DNA of 64,000 bases from a bacterium (GCA_965261085.1 OZ253442.1:1888001-1952000), one strand, 5' to 3'; positions 39,413 through 49,883 are shown, counted from the first letter of the stretch. Numbers and translations are program-made. Notes: generated by a model from the letters alone, not told the origin.

Positions 39413-41001
39413 CTTGCGGGCGCCGCAGGCGCAGGAAGCGGCTCCCACCATTTCTCGACACCCAGATCATCGGCGATCGCGCCGGCCGCGTTATAGCCGG
39501 GCGCTCCGTTTAAACCACCCCCCTGGCAACTCGAACTGCACAGATAAAACCCTTCCAGCGGCGTCCGCATGCCGGAGAGCAGGGGATGGGGCCTGTTGAT
39601 CCCCAATTGTTCGGGAATGTACGCCCCCATGCGCACGCCGCCCCTGACCATGTTCTTGTTTCCGCGTTCCACGTCGAGCGGGGTGTAGATATCCGCCGCG
39701 CGAACGTTCCCGGGCGTGAGATTCGGAGCATAGCCTCGCCATACGTCCACCAGGCGCTCGGTGTATTCCTCTTTGATTTCATCCCACTTTTGGGGGCCGC
39801 CGTCTTTCAGTTCATAGGGCGCGCCGGGCCACCAGAATGCGACGTGTCCGCCTGGGGGCGCATAGGAGGGGTCGTGCTGGCTGTTGCATGAGCCGTTGCC
39901 CATCGGGCGCGACGGCAGGAGGCCGTTTCTGCGTTCTTCCGTGTTTTCGGCCATCTCCTCGCCGGAGTCCGCACCGAATATGATGTTGTACGCCTTGCCC
40001 ACGTCGGGGTCGAAATCCTCTGCGGTATATCGCGGGATTTCTGCAAGGGCGAGATGCAATGTGCTCAGGGAATGAAAACCCCAGTCCCAGTTTCGCACCT
40101 TATCGTTGACTTCATCGGGAAACGCGTCTTCTCCCGCCATCTTGATGGATGCCGGCGCATTGAGACTCGAGGCGACAAAGTGCGTCGCCATCATCTTTTC
40201 CCCGTTTTCGAGCATGACGCCCGTTGCGCGTCCGTTTTCCCGTATCACTTCCCGCACATGGCTGTTTCTCAAGACAGCGCCTCCGTTTTGGATGACGATG
40301 CGCTCGAGCGCCAAAGTCAGTTGCATCGCGCCCCCCACCGGAAGACCGAGCGTCGTGTGGGTGGAAAACAGACTCGGGAGAAAAATACCCGTGCCCGGCG
40401 CGTTCTCCACCGTGATGGCGTGAGCGAACAGGAAGAACAAGGCCCGCATTTTGGGATGCTCGAAATGTGTTTCGATGGCCTCGAAAATCGACATCTTCGC
40501 AAAGCTCAAAATCTCCCGTCCCGCATCGCTTTCCATCCGGGAGACGATTTCGGCCGGAGGTAAGGGCGGATGGAATAAAAAACTGCGCAGGAGAGGGGCG
40601 AGTTCCACGGCGAATCGCCGGTGAAGATAGGCGTATGAGTCGGCGTCTTTTTGAGAGAATTTAGAGATGGACGCTGCGCTTTTCTCAGGGTCTCTGTGCA
40701 GCAGGATGGCCGTGCCGTCACGATACAGCGTGGCGTGCTGCACGTCGGGCGTGAGCCACTTGAATCCGTATTTGGTCAACTCCAGGTCTTTGACGATGGG
40801 AAAATCATCGAGGCCGATGAAGAAATTCGCGTGCATATTGGATTGGTAGCCGGGCAGCAGGAATTCCTTGGTGCTCGAGCCGCCGCCGATTTCGGGTTCG
40901 CTGTCGAGAACGGCGACTTTGAGCCCCGCCCGGGCGAGATACGCCGCGCACACCAAGCCATTATGTCCCGCCCCGATCACAACCCCATCGAATTGCGCCA
41001 T
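39409..41001 (-). CDS. NAD(P)/FAD-dependent oxidoreductase, phytoene desaturase-like
   Basis: IGAGHNGLVCAAYLA, TPLDVER, RTPLEGFYLC, GAPGYNAA. Confidence 0.88.
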   Translation of the reverse strand: MAQFDGVVIGAGHNGLVCAAYLARAGLKVAVLDSEPEIGGGSSTKEFLLPGYQSNMHANFFIGLDDFPIVKDLELTKYGFKWLTPDVQHATLYRDGTAILLHRDPEKSAASISKFSQKDADSYAYLHRRFAVELAPLLRSFLFHPPLPPAEIVSRMESDAGREILSFAKMSIFEAIETHFEHPKMRALFFLFAHAITVENAPGTGIFLPSLFSTHTTLGLPVGGAMQLTLALERIVIQNGGAVLRNSHVREVIRENGRATGVMLENGEKMMATHFVASSLNAPASIKMAGEDAFPDEVNDKVRNWDWGFHSLSTLHLALAEIPRYTAEDFDPDVGKAYNIIFGADSGEEMAENTEERRNGLLPSRPMGNGSCNSQHDPSYAPPGGHVAFWWPGAPYELKDGGPQKWDEIKEEYTERLVDVWRGYAPNLTPGNVRAADIYTPLDVERGNKNMVRGGVRMGAYIPEQLGINRPHPLLSGMRTPLEGFYLCSSSCQGGGLNGAPGYNAAGAIADDLGVEKWWEPLPAPAAPAS

Positions 41002-41077
41002 CGGATTTTCTCCTCAAATGGTGGATAAAGAACTTCCACCTTATCGAATCGGGAGTGAAAGGGCAAAAAGGCGGAAG

Positions 41078-41110
41078 AAAAAACACCCTGCCACGGTGAC
41101 CAGGGTGTTT
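41078..41110 (-). terminator. Intrinsic terminator
   Basis: 10-bp stem AAACACCCTG/CAGGGTGTTT with a U-tract on the minus strand. Confidence 0.7.
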
Positions 41111-41151
41111 CATTCATTCGTATGGGCGGAGCGGAGCCCCGGGAGTGCGGT

Positions 41152-41784
41152 TTAACTCTCTTCTTTATCCTTTTCGAGCCGTTCCTGCTTCACGCGGGCG
41201 ACCTCGGTCTTGACGTCGTCGATAACGTCTTTGCCCCAGAAGAGCTTTCCCTCCACCACGAACGTGGGGATTCCGAAGATACCCAGACCTTTTCCCTGGG
41301 CGCGCTGGCTGTGCAGTGCGCCGATGTAGCGTCCCTCGGCGATGACGGCTTTGATTTCCTCCCCGTCCAGGCCGACATCCTCACCGAGTTTGGCAATGAC
41401 GTCCAGATCTTCCAGGTTCTGGTCGTCCACCCAGCGGGCCTTGTAGCAGCGGTCCCGAAATTCCTTGAATTTCCCCTTGTCCCGAGCGTAATAGGTAGCC
41501 ATGTGAAGGTTGGTGGTGCGGTAGTCGCCTCCGGCGACCCGGATGGGCACGTCGTACTTATCGGCGAGAGGTTTGTGGTTCGTCTCGTAACTTTCTTTTT
41601 TCCGTTCGGGAGAGTAGCCGGCGAACTCCTGACCGGGGGGTCTTCCCTCCCAGCTGACCCACTCGACGACCACGTCGAGGTCTTCTTCAATCACAGGTAT
41701 GCCACCGACGGTGGCGACGTAGCAAAATGGTCAGGTGTAATCCGAGTATTTCACCACAACAATCGGTTCTTTCAACTCACCCAT
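41152..41784 (-). CDS. DsbA/FrnE-family oxidoreductase, probable selenoprotein with UPFC (TGA at 41733-41731)
   Basis: MGELKEPIVVVKYSDYT-TGA-PFCYVA... in frame through GIFGIPTFVV; RBS GGAGG; hairpin GCCACC-GTC-GGTGGC after the TGA. Confidence 0.9.
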
Positions 41785-41853
41785 GGCGTTGCCTCCGTCT
41801 TGTTTTTAATAGACCTCTTGAATGCCGGTGAATGTATAGCCGCAATTTTCAAT

Positions 41854-43290
41854 TTATACCACTTCGGCGCGGTCGTGGTCGATGGCGTCATGCCCCCCGG
41901 CGCCGATCCAAACTCCCATATTGCGGAGTTCCGTGACAGCTTGTGCGATTTCTTCCTCGTTTCCATTAAACTCGCATACCTGCCACCCGGATTGGGCATC
42001 CAATTCGCTCCGCATGATGTTGATGGAAAACGAATATTTTTTGCCGAGTTCCCACAGAATGGGTTTATCTGCGCAATGACCCGGTATGGAGAGGACGAGC
42101 CGGTTGCATCCCCGGGGTATGGGGGTCGCGTTGATACCGATCGGGCCGCCGTTTTCGAGTCTGGCCAGAAAACCACCGACGATCTCGGTGAGTTTGTCGT
42201 ATTGAACCAGGAAAGCATCGTGCCCATAGGTGGATTCCACCGTATGCAGTTCTACTTCGTAGTCGAGCTTTTGGAGAATCTGAGTGATCTCCATGCTTCT
42301 CTCCGGCGGGAAGAGCCAGTCGGATATGAAGCATACGAGCATACATTTGGTTTTCAGCCGGGATAAGGACGCTTCCAGACTCTCAAAACCCAGGGAGGCG
42401 TCGTATAGGTCCATCATACGAGATATGTATAAATACGAATTAGCGTCGAAACGATCGACGAATTTGTCTCCTTGGTGATCGAGATAGCTTTCCACTTCGA
42501 ACCGCGAGGCGATGTCGTCTAGCATTTTGTCTTTGTCTCTTATCTCACGGCCGAATTTCTCCCACATGATTCCTCGGCTCAGATAGGTGATGTGAGCCAG
42601 CATGCGCGCCGCGCTGAGGCCCTTGCGAGGCCCTTGGCCGGCGTCGTAGTCGCCGTTTTGCCAATCGCCGTCCGCCGTGATGGCCCTGCGGGCGATCTTG
42701 TCCCATGCGATTCCCATCGGGTCCAGGCGCGCGGCTCCCGCGACCGGAATGACAGAATCGCAGAAATCACTGTAGCGCAGGCCCCATTCCAGGGTTTGCA
42801 TCCCGGCGAGCGAGCCGCCGATAACCGTTTTGAGTCGCTTGACGCCCAAGCGATCGAGGAGCAGCTTCTGCACGCGAACTGTGTCCTCTACTGTGATGAC
42901 GGGAAAGCTAGTGTTATAGGCGCTTCCCGTGGCGGGATTGATTGAAGTAGGCCCCGTGGTGCCCGAGCATCCCCCCAAGTTGTTCGAAGAGACGACGAAA
43001 TTTTTCCGGGTATCGATGGCCTTGCCGGGGCCTATCATCGGGTCCCACCAGCCCGGGCGCGGGTCGTCGGGGCTGTGGAAGCCGGCTGCGTGCGCATCGC
43101 CCGTTAGAGCATGGATTACCAGAACGGCATTATCGGCGCTGGGAGAGAGTTTGCCATATGTCTCATATGCAACCTGGATTTCGGGCAATGTTTCGCCAGA
43201 ATCGGTCTGGAACGGCTCGGGAAGGATGATGGTCTGTGTTTTCGTAAGGCCGACTGAAGCGGGGGACTGCGGGAAATTTTTTCGATTCAT
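41854..43290 (-). CDS. metX: Homoserine O-acetyltransferase with a C-terminal NIL-like domain
   Basis: HALTGDAH, GWWDPMIGPGK, NLGGCSGTTGP, GGSLAG, RFDANSY, YGHDAFL; about 80 extra C-terminal residues. Confidence 0.92.
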   Translation of the reverse strand: MNRKNFPQSPASVGLTKTQTIILPEPFQTDSGETLPEIQVAYETYGKLSPSADNAVLVIHALTGDAHAAGFHSPDDPRPGWWDPMIGPGKAIDTRKNFVVSSNNLGGCSGTTGPTSINPATGSAYNTSFPVITVEDTVRVQKLLLDRLGVKRLKTVIGGSLAGMQTLEWGLRYSDFCDSVIPVAGAARLDPMGIAWDKIARRAITADGDWQNGDYDAGQGPRKGLSAARMLAHITYLSRGIMWEKFGREIRDKDKMLDDIASRFEVESYLDHQGDKFVDRFDANSYLYISRMMDLYDASLGFESLEASLSRLKTKCMLVCFISDWLFPPERSMEITQILQKLDYEVELHTVESTYGHDAFLVQYDKLTEIVGGFLARLENGGPIGINATPIPRGCNRLVLSIPGHCADKPILWELGKKYSFSINIMRSELDAQSGWQVCEFNGNEEEIAQAVTELRNMGVWIGAGGHDAIDHDRAEVV

Positions 43291-43508
43291 GATTTAGCGT
43301 GATTTCCTTATTTCTAAGACAAAGCTATATACTGATTTGTAGCAAAATTATGTGTTTTGCACACGCTTGTTCAAGTGGATGTTGCTTTTGCTTGTTTTTT
43401 CTTGTTTGCGCAATGGCGGTTGTTACATTTTTCATCAGCGAAACAAAATGCTTTTTGGGTCACGGACTCAGAAAGTCAACGGATTGAGAATGTATTTTCC
43501 GCCGTTTT

Positions 43509-44318
43509 TTGGTGTCTCAAATGATAGTTAGTCCGCGAGATAACCATGTTCGTCTCATTTGTCAGCACGACCACGCCCGGGCCGCAGGTACGATTGCGCG
43601 AAATTGGATAGGTATTGAGTCGCTTCCCTCACCGCCGGATGAACTCAGGGAGAAAGTTTTGTTCGCCGTCGATAACCATGACGTTGGGTGGTGCCGCTCG
43701 GATGCCACGCCGAAATGGGATGAAATGACGAAACTGCCTTATAGTTTTTTTGGCATAACGGCGGACAAGGCGATAGAAATATGGGCGGAAGGAATTGATT
43801 CTTGCGCGTCTTTTCATCCATTTGCCGGTTATTTGGTCAGCCTCCATTTCTCTTCGCTCGCGGAGGGAGGGAGGAGGGGTGCGCCCGGCGAGGTTTCAAG
43901 AGTGTTGAACGGGTTCATTCATTCTGAAGCGAAACGGCAGAAAAAATTGGACGTCCTCATTGAGCCGAGGCACAAAGATGCGATTGTAAATTCCGTGTCG
44001 CTGCTCAGGGTTTGCGATACGTTATCCCTATTGGCATGCCGAGCGCCCGAAATCACCCCGCCCGATAGAGCCGTCCACCCCTTAACGCAAAGTGGATTGA
44101 AAGTGAAAACGGCAAACATGGATGATTTGGAAATATCCCCGTGGCCGTTCTCAAAGGATTCGCTCAAGCTGCGGATGCCGGGGTTGGTCCTGCCGGGTGA
44201 GTATTTTGCAGATGAAAAGGAACTGGCCGAGGCCTTACCCCAGGCGGAACCGATCGTATTTTTAAGTATCCTTAAGCGGTTATCGGAGTATGCGGAACCT
44301 GAAGCTGCGCGGAATTGA
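43509..44318 (+). CDS. DUF3891-like protein
   Basis: QHDHARAAG, NHDVGW, LVSLH and CDTLSL pattern. Confidence 0.7.
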   Translation: MVSQMIVSPRDNHVRLICQHDHARAAGTIARNWIGIESLPSPPDELREKVLFAVDNHDVGWCRSDATPKWDEMTKLPYSFFGITADKAIEIWAEGIDSCASFHPFAGYLVSLHFSSLAEGGRRGAPGEVSRVLNGFIHSEAKRQKKLDVLIEPRHKDAIVNSVSLLRVCDTLSLLACRAPEITPPDRAVHPLTQSGLKVKTANMDDLEISPWPFSKDSLKLRMPGLVLPGEYFADEKELAEALPQAEPIVFLSILKRLSEYAEPEAARN

Positions 44319-44333
44319 ACTTTTGGAGACGGA

Positions 44334-46493
44334 ATGAAGGACGAAGTTGCCGCTTTAGAGCTAAGTGTCGTCGCCGGAATTGTCTGGCACGAGGGGCGCA
44401 TTCTTATTTGTCAGCGCCCTGCAGGCGGCCACATGCCGGGCTTCTGGGAGTTTCCGGGTGGCAAAATAGAGGGTGGAGAGAACCCCCAGGAAGCCTTGCG
44501 CCGCGAGATTTGTGAGGAACTCGGTATCGAAGTACGCGTTGGACGTCTTCACTGGGAGACCCGACATCGATACCCAGATAGAGATGTACACCTACGCTTT
44601 TATGATTGTGAATGGGAGAGCGGGGTGGTGAAGAATGTAGAGGTGGCCAAGTACGAATGGGCGGATCCTTCCTTATTGGGGTATTTTGATTTCCTGCCGG
44701 CGGATGTGCAGTTGATAGAATCTCTCATGAATGGCGAGAAAATACGAGATTCGGGCAATAGCGCAAAACCCGTTTCAAAGGCTGATTTAAGCGCCGCTTA
44801 TGATACGTGTATGAAAATCGTAGTCGGCCATTACGAGAATTTTCCCGTGGCCTCGAAGTTGCTGCCGGCGAAGATAAGACCGCATGTCGCTGCTGTATAT
44901 GCATTCGCCAGAGGTGCTGATGATATCGCGGATACGGCCAGGCCCGCCCATGAGCGTTTCGCTCGTCTCGATGAATGGGAAGAAAAACTTGTTTTGGCCC
45001 AGAAAGGAGTTGCGGAAACAGACGTTTTCATAGCGCTTTCTCATACGCTTCAGCAATTCGATTTGCCCTTACAACCTTTTCGGGATTTGCTCTCGGCGTT
45101 CAAACAAGACGTCACGGTTCTCCGGTACCCGAACTATGAAACCTTGCTCGATTATTGTCGCCGATCGGCGGATCCCGTCGGGCGAATCGTTCTCATGCTT
45201 CACGGGATCCGTGATGAGGAAGCTTTTCGTGCGTCGGATGCCATATGCACGGCCTTGCAGATTGCGAATCACTTACAGGATGTAAAAGAAGATGCCGAGC
45301 GAGGCATCATCTACATGCCTCAGGACGAGATGAAAAAATTCTCCGTCTCCGAGGATGATTTGCTCGCAGACGTGGCGACACCTCCACTACGCGCATTTCT
45401 GGTTTTTCAGATACAAAGGACGAAGCGCCTCTTCAAGCAGGGCCTGCCTCTTTTGTACCGTACCCGTGGCGCATTGGGCCGTGAGCTTCGTGCGATTTGG
45501 CGCGGAGGCGTCGCGGCGCTGGACTCGATTTCCCGTGAGAATTGGGATGTTTGCGCAGGCTCGCCGCTTTTGAATGGCAGGGATAAGGCCAAGTCGCTGC
45601 TTGCGGCGTTTCGCCCGGTCTATCCACTCGAATCCAATGTGGATCGGCATGCGGAAGAAGAGTTGAACCGTGCCTATTGCCGCTGGTTTATTCGAGCCAG
45701 CAAGTCGAATTTTTATCTGTCTTTTTTTAGCCTGCCCGCGGAGAAAAGGCGCGCCATCACAGCGGTGTATGCGTATTGCCGCATGGCCGACGACATCGCC
45801 GATGAGCCGGGGGAGATATCTGGCAAAAGGACCTTGTTGCGTGAGTGGAAAGAAGCGTTGGCTCAGTTGTGCGAGGAGAGTCCATCCCACCCGATAATCG
45901 GGGAACTCGCGTGGGCGGCGCGAAAATACGACTTGCCGCCGCAGCATTTCCGGGCGATTTGTGATGGGGTGGCGATGGATTTAGAGGAAAGTCGATTTGA
46001 AAATTTCTCAGATCTTGAAAATTATTGCGACAAGGTGGCTTCTGCAGTAGGGCTGGCGTGTCTGGGTATTTTCGGCGCAAAATCGGAGTTTGCGAAAGAA
46101 TATGCCGTTTGTTTGGGAAGAGCGCTTCAGATGACGAACATTTTAAGAGACGTTTGGGAGGATGCGCAGCAAGAGCGCTTTTATATTCCGAGAAGCGAAA
46201 TGCAGAATTATGGTGTAACGGTCTCCGATTTGAGAGACAAAAAAGATACTTCTCAGGTCTTGAGTCTTCTCCAGTTTCTGGCGCATCAGGCGCGTGGATA
46301 TTACGAGCGGGCGAACGAGGCCTTGCGCCACGAGAAAAAAGAGAACCTTCTTCCTGCGAGAATCATGGGCCGAATTTATCGGAGACTTCTAAGTGAAATG
46401 GAGGAGAATCATTTTCGGCACATGGATTATCGCCCCTCATTGAAGTCCAGGGAAAAACTACAAGAAGCGCTTCGCTGTTTTCTGGAATCATAA
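44334..46493 (+). CDS. Fusion of a MutT-like Nudix hydrolase, squalene synthase HpnC and presqualene diphosphate synthase HpnD
   Basis: WEFPGGK...ALRREICEELG Nudix box; HYENFPVAS / ADDIAD / NHLQDVKED (HpnC); SNFYLSF / ADDIADE / TNILRDVWED (HpnD); one uninterrupted ORF. Confidence 0.88.
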   Translation: MKDEVAALELSVVAGIVWHEGRILICQRPAGGHMPGFWEFPGGKIEGGENPQEALRREICEELGIEVRVGRLHWETRHRYPDRDVHLRFYDCEWESGVVKNVEVAKYEWADPSLLGYFDFLPADVQLIESLMNGEKIRDSGNSAKPVSKADLSAAYDTCMKIVVGHYENFPVASKLLPAKIRPHVAAVYAFARGADDIADTARPAHERFARLDEWEEKLVLAQKGVAETDVFIALSHTLQQFDLPLQPFRDLLSAFKQDVTVLRYPNYETLLDYCRRSADPVGRIVLMLHGIRDEEAFRASDAICTALQIANHLQDVKEDAERGIIYMPQDEMKKFSVSEDDLLADVATPPLRAFLVFQIQRTKRLFKQGLPLLYRTRGALGRELRAIWRGGVAALDSISRENWDVCAGSPLLNGRDKAKSLLAAFRPVYPLESNVDRHAEEELNRAYCRWFIRASKSNFYLSFFSLPAEKRRAITAVYAYCRMADDIADEPGEISGKRTLLREWKEALAQLCEESPSHPIIGELAWAARKYDLPPQHFRAICDGVAMDLEESRFENFSDLENYCDKVASAVGLACLGIFGAKSEFAKEYAVCLGRALQMTNILRDVWEDAQQERFYIPRSEMQNYGVTVSDLRDKKDTSQVLSLLQFLAHQARGYYERANEALRHEKKENLLPARIMGRIYRRLLSEMEENHFRHMDYRPSLKSREKLQEALRCFLES

Positions 46494-47849
46494 ATGTCTG
46501 AGCCTGTCGGATTCGAACGACCGGTTATCATCATCGGAGCCGGCGCAGCGGGATTGTCCGCTGCTTTGCGCCTTGCCGAGTCGGGTACCAAAGTTCTGGT
46601 GCTTGAGGCGGGGAAGCTTCTCGGCGGCCGGGCGCGTAGTTTCATGCATTCGTCCACGGGTTTGGAGTTGGACTGGGGTCCGCATTTGTTTATGGCGGCA
46701 AACCCGGCATTGCGCTCTTTGTTGGAAAGGGTGGGTGCTGCCGATGATGTTTTTTACTCTCCCTCTTTAGAGGTGAGCTACCGTATTTGGGAATCGGAGT
46801 TGGCCAGACGGACGCAATTGTCATTTCCAGAGGGCGGAGGGATTTTTGCGCAACTCCGAGGCTTGCTCAAATGGCGTGGCCCCCGTTTTTGGGAGAAAGT
46901 GAATCTTCTGAAAGGACTTTCGAAGATTATTTCGAAATCGAGTGATGAGATTCCGAATGAATCCATGGGTGAAATGCTCGAGCGTTTTGGCCAGAAAGAT
47001 GAAGCGGTGCGCTGGTTTTGGGAGCCGTTTGCGCGCGCGGTATTGAATTTGCCCTTAGAGCAGGGAAGTGCGGAATTGTTCAAGGCGGTGATCCGCGAGG
47101 CCTTCGCCCATGGCCCGAAAGGGGCCGCCTTAGGAGTGCCGATGAAGGCCCTGAGTGCTTTATGGGCTAACAGAGCCGCGCAAAGCATCCGGCGCCTGGG
47201 AGGAGATGTTAGGCTTCAGCAACCCGCACTCGGTTTTGACGTCAAAAATTCAAAAATGAGCGGTGTGATCCTGAAAGAGCGCGAGATCTTGTATGCAGCC
47301 GCAGTCATTTCCGCCGTGCCGCCGGACGTCCTTGGGAGATTGTTGGGTAACGAACTCAGGGAGCAAACACCTTTTTCGAATCTGGGGAAACTATGTCCGG
47401 GGCCTATCGCCAGTGCATATTGCTGGCTTGAAAAACCGGATGAAGGTCCTCCCTTTGAAGCCATTTTGGATGAGGACTGGGATTGGCTGTTTCGTCCTGA
47501 GGGAAGTGGAGGAAATGCGGGAAATCTGGTGTGCCTGTTGGCCGGTGCGGAGGATTCCATCGCATCTGAGGAACGGTCGATCATTGAGTCGTCTGCGAGA
47601 GATTGCCTTAATCGATTGATGCCCCGTAACCGTACTCGAAGTATTTTGGTGGTGCGAGAGCGTGCCGCTACCTGGGCGAACGGGGTGGCCGAACAAAGCT
47701 CCCGGATGGACACCCAAACGCCTGTAAAGGGTTTCTTTTTGGCTGGAGACTGGACGCGCACAGGTCTGCCGGCCACCGTGGAGGGTGCGGTGAGAAGTGG
47801 AGACAAAGCTGCAGAGACGGTCCTGGAGTATATCAGGGCCGGCACGTAG
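46494..47849 (+). CDS. hpnE: Hydroxysqualene dehydroxylase
   Basis: IGAGAAGLSAA, GGRARSF, ERAAT, LAGDWTRTGLPATVEGAVRSG; directly downstream of hpnCD. Confidence 0.88.
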   Translation: MSEPVGFERPVIIIGAGAAGLSAALRLAESGTKVLVLEAGKLLGGRARSFMHSSTGLELDWGPHLFMAANPALRSLLERVGAADDVFYSPSLEVSYRIWESELARRTQLSFPEGGGIFAQLRGLLKWRGPRFWEKVNLLKGLSKIISKSSDEIPNESMGEMLERFGQKDEAVRWFWEPFARAVLNLPLEQGSAELFKAVIREAFAHGPKGAALGVPMKALSALWANRAAQSIRRLGGDVRLQQPALGFDVKNSKMSGVILKEREILYAAAVISAVPPDVLGRLLGNELREQTPFSNLGKLCPGPIASAYCWLEKPDEGPPFEAILDEDWDWLFRPEGSGGNAGNLVCLLAGAEDSIASEERSIIESSARDCLNRLMPRNRTRSILVVRERAATWANGVAEQSSRMDTQTPVKGFFLAGDWTRTGLPATVEGAVRSGDKAAETVLEYIRAGT

Positions 47850-47886
47850 CTTGCCCCCGATAAAAGATACGATAGCGGGAGGGAAA

Positions 47887-48093
47887 TTACTCTTCTTGTT
47901 TCGCTACATTCGCCGCCTGAAGTCCTTTGGGACCTTGTGTGATTTCGAATGTAACCTTTTCACCTTCTTTCAGAGATTTAAATCCATCTGCAACGATCGC
48001 TGAAAAGTGAACGAAGATGTCGTCGCCATCTTCCCGTGAAATGAAACCATATCCCTTTTTGTCACTGAACCACTTTACTGTTCCCTCTGGCAC
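47887..48093 (-). CDS. Cold-shock protein
   Basis: [30 protein letters not shown]. Confidence 0.97.
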   Translation of the reverse strand: MPEGTVKWFSDKKGYGFISREDGDDIFVHFSAIVADGFKSLKEGEKVTFEITQGPKGLQAANVAKQEE

Positions 48094-48257
48094 CTACAAT
48101 CCTCCCGCGCGAGACCCCTCATGAGGTCGAGGACATTATGCCCAGCCCCAACCTGGACATCTGATTCACAGAGAAATGCAAATTTTCCCCATCTAAGCAA
48201 AAGAGATACCGTATAAGATGCGTTGTTGAAAGGTTTGTGTCAAGCAAATAATTTTCA

Positions 48258-49883
48258 TTATTCCGCTCGAACATCTTTTGAGCCCACATAACCATCGGGA
48301 TTGATGACGGCGTCGATGACCCATGGCTTATCGGACGAAAATGCCCGCTTGAGCGCATCTTTCAACTCTTCTTCGGTGGAAACTCTCTCTCCCTCACAGC
48401 CCAATCCTCTCGCCACAGACGCATAATCGGAATCACGGAACTCAGTGCCAAGGCGAGGGAAAGAGCGATTGTCCTGTTTGATTTTTATCAGGTTCAGATA
48501 GCGATCGTTAAATACGACAGTGACGAAGGGGATGTTTTCGCGCACGGCGACTTCCATGTCGCCGATTCGCATGAGAAACCCACCATCCCCGGTAAGGCAG
48601 ACAACAGGCGTATCCGGTTCGGTTAATTTGGCGGCCATGGCAGCCGGCGTGGCGACGGCCATCGAACCCAGCCCGCTGGAGGTCAGGTAACCCAGAGGAC
48701 GCCTCGTCTCCCAAATGTCGTTGGCTAAGACTTTATGGCTTCCTGCATCGGCGGTCATGATGCCGTTGTCGGGGAGACATTCTCTGGCAACCCGGATGAC
48801 GGCGCCGGGCATCAAGCCTTCTCCGGTGGGAAATAACGCGGATTGCCTCATTTTCTTATAGGAATCCATCTCCTCGGTGTTCCAGGCATGGTTGGAGGAG
48901 ACGGAGGCGCTTAATTCTCTGAGGATATCGGCGAGATGGGCGACGACTTCTATTTCAGGTCGAATCAAATCATCGAGATGCGGTACTTCATCCAAATTGA
49001 TCACCTTTTGGGGATAGTCCCAATACCCGGGGGCGAATACTTCCACAGTATCGAAACCCACCAGGATGAATAAGTCCGACTTGTCTATCAATTCCCGCTC
49101 GGAAGGCGCGCCTCTGAAGGTTCCCATGGCGAGGGGGTGGTGCTCCGGCAAGACGCCCTTCGCTGAGGGTGCGGCAAGAACGGGCGCTCCGAGTTTCTCG
49201 GCGAAAGAGACGAACTCCTTTTCCGCTTCTCGTCCCGAGCGATTTACCTGAAGTCCTGCTATTACTATCGGGTTTTTTGACTCTGAGATAGCGGCGAGAG
49301 TGGCGCCAATACCTGGATGGGCCGATCCGATGCGGCCAATATATTTTTTGGGGTTCTCCTTGGGTGGGAAATCGTTTGCTCCGGCATTCGCCAGTATGAC
49401 GTCGTACGGGAGGTCCACATGCACGGGACCCGGCCTTCCTTCCGTGGCCAGAGCCAGTGCCCGCCTGATGGCCACCGCAGCATTGTCTTTCGCGAGCTTG
49501 AAAGTCCCTTTCGTGATGGGGCGCAGCAAACGATCCTGGTCGAGTCTTTGCCGGCCCTGACGGCGAAACTGCTCATCGGAAAAGCGGTCGGTCAAGATGA
49601 GGCATGGTGCACGCTCTAGATAATTGTTTGCCACGCCATGGAGGACAGCCGCTGCCCCCGGACCGACGCCCGTGCTCACGACCCCTGGTCGTCCCGTCAA
49701 GATGCCATACGTCCCCGCCTTCACGGCCGCGCTGCTCTCGTTGCTGCAAAGGATATAGCGAATGTCGCGCTTACTGGCGGCTTCGATGAGTTCGACGGAA
49801 CTCAAGCTTCCCGGAACGCCGAAAATAAATTCGATGCCCGCATTTTGAAGTACGTCCGCAACCACATCGGCATACGTGGACAT
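48258..49883 (-). CDS. Thiamine pyrophosphate-binding protein (acetolactate synthase-like)
   Basis: IFGVPG, GPG, GPVHVDLP and GDGG...NDRY TPP motif. Confidence 0.9.
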   Translation of the reverse strand: MSTYADVVADVLQNAGIEFIFGVPGSLSSVELIEAASKRDIRYILCSNESSAAVKAGTYGILTGRPGVVSTGVGPGAAAVLHGVANNYLERAPCLILTDRFSDEQFRRQGRQRLDQDRLLRPITKGTFKLAKDNAAVAIRRALALATEGRPGPVHVDLPYDVILANAGANDFPPKENPKKYIGRIGSAHPGIGATLAAISESKNPIVIAGLQVNRSGREAEKEFVSFAEKLGAPVLAAPSAKGVLPEHHPLAMGTFRGAPSERELIDKSDLFILVGFDTVEVFAPGYWDYPQKVINLDEVPHLDDLIRPEIEVVAHLADILRELSASVSSNHAWNTEEMDSYKKMRQSALFPTGEGLMPGAVIRVARECLPDNGIMTADAGSHKVLANDIWETRRPLGYLTSSGLGSMAVATPAAMAAKLTEPDTPVVCLTGDGGFLMRIGDMEVAVRENIPFVTVVFNDRYLNLIKIKQDNRSFPRLGTEFRDSDYASVARGLGCEGERVSTEEELKDALKRAFSSDKPWVIDAVINPDGYVGSKDVRAE

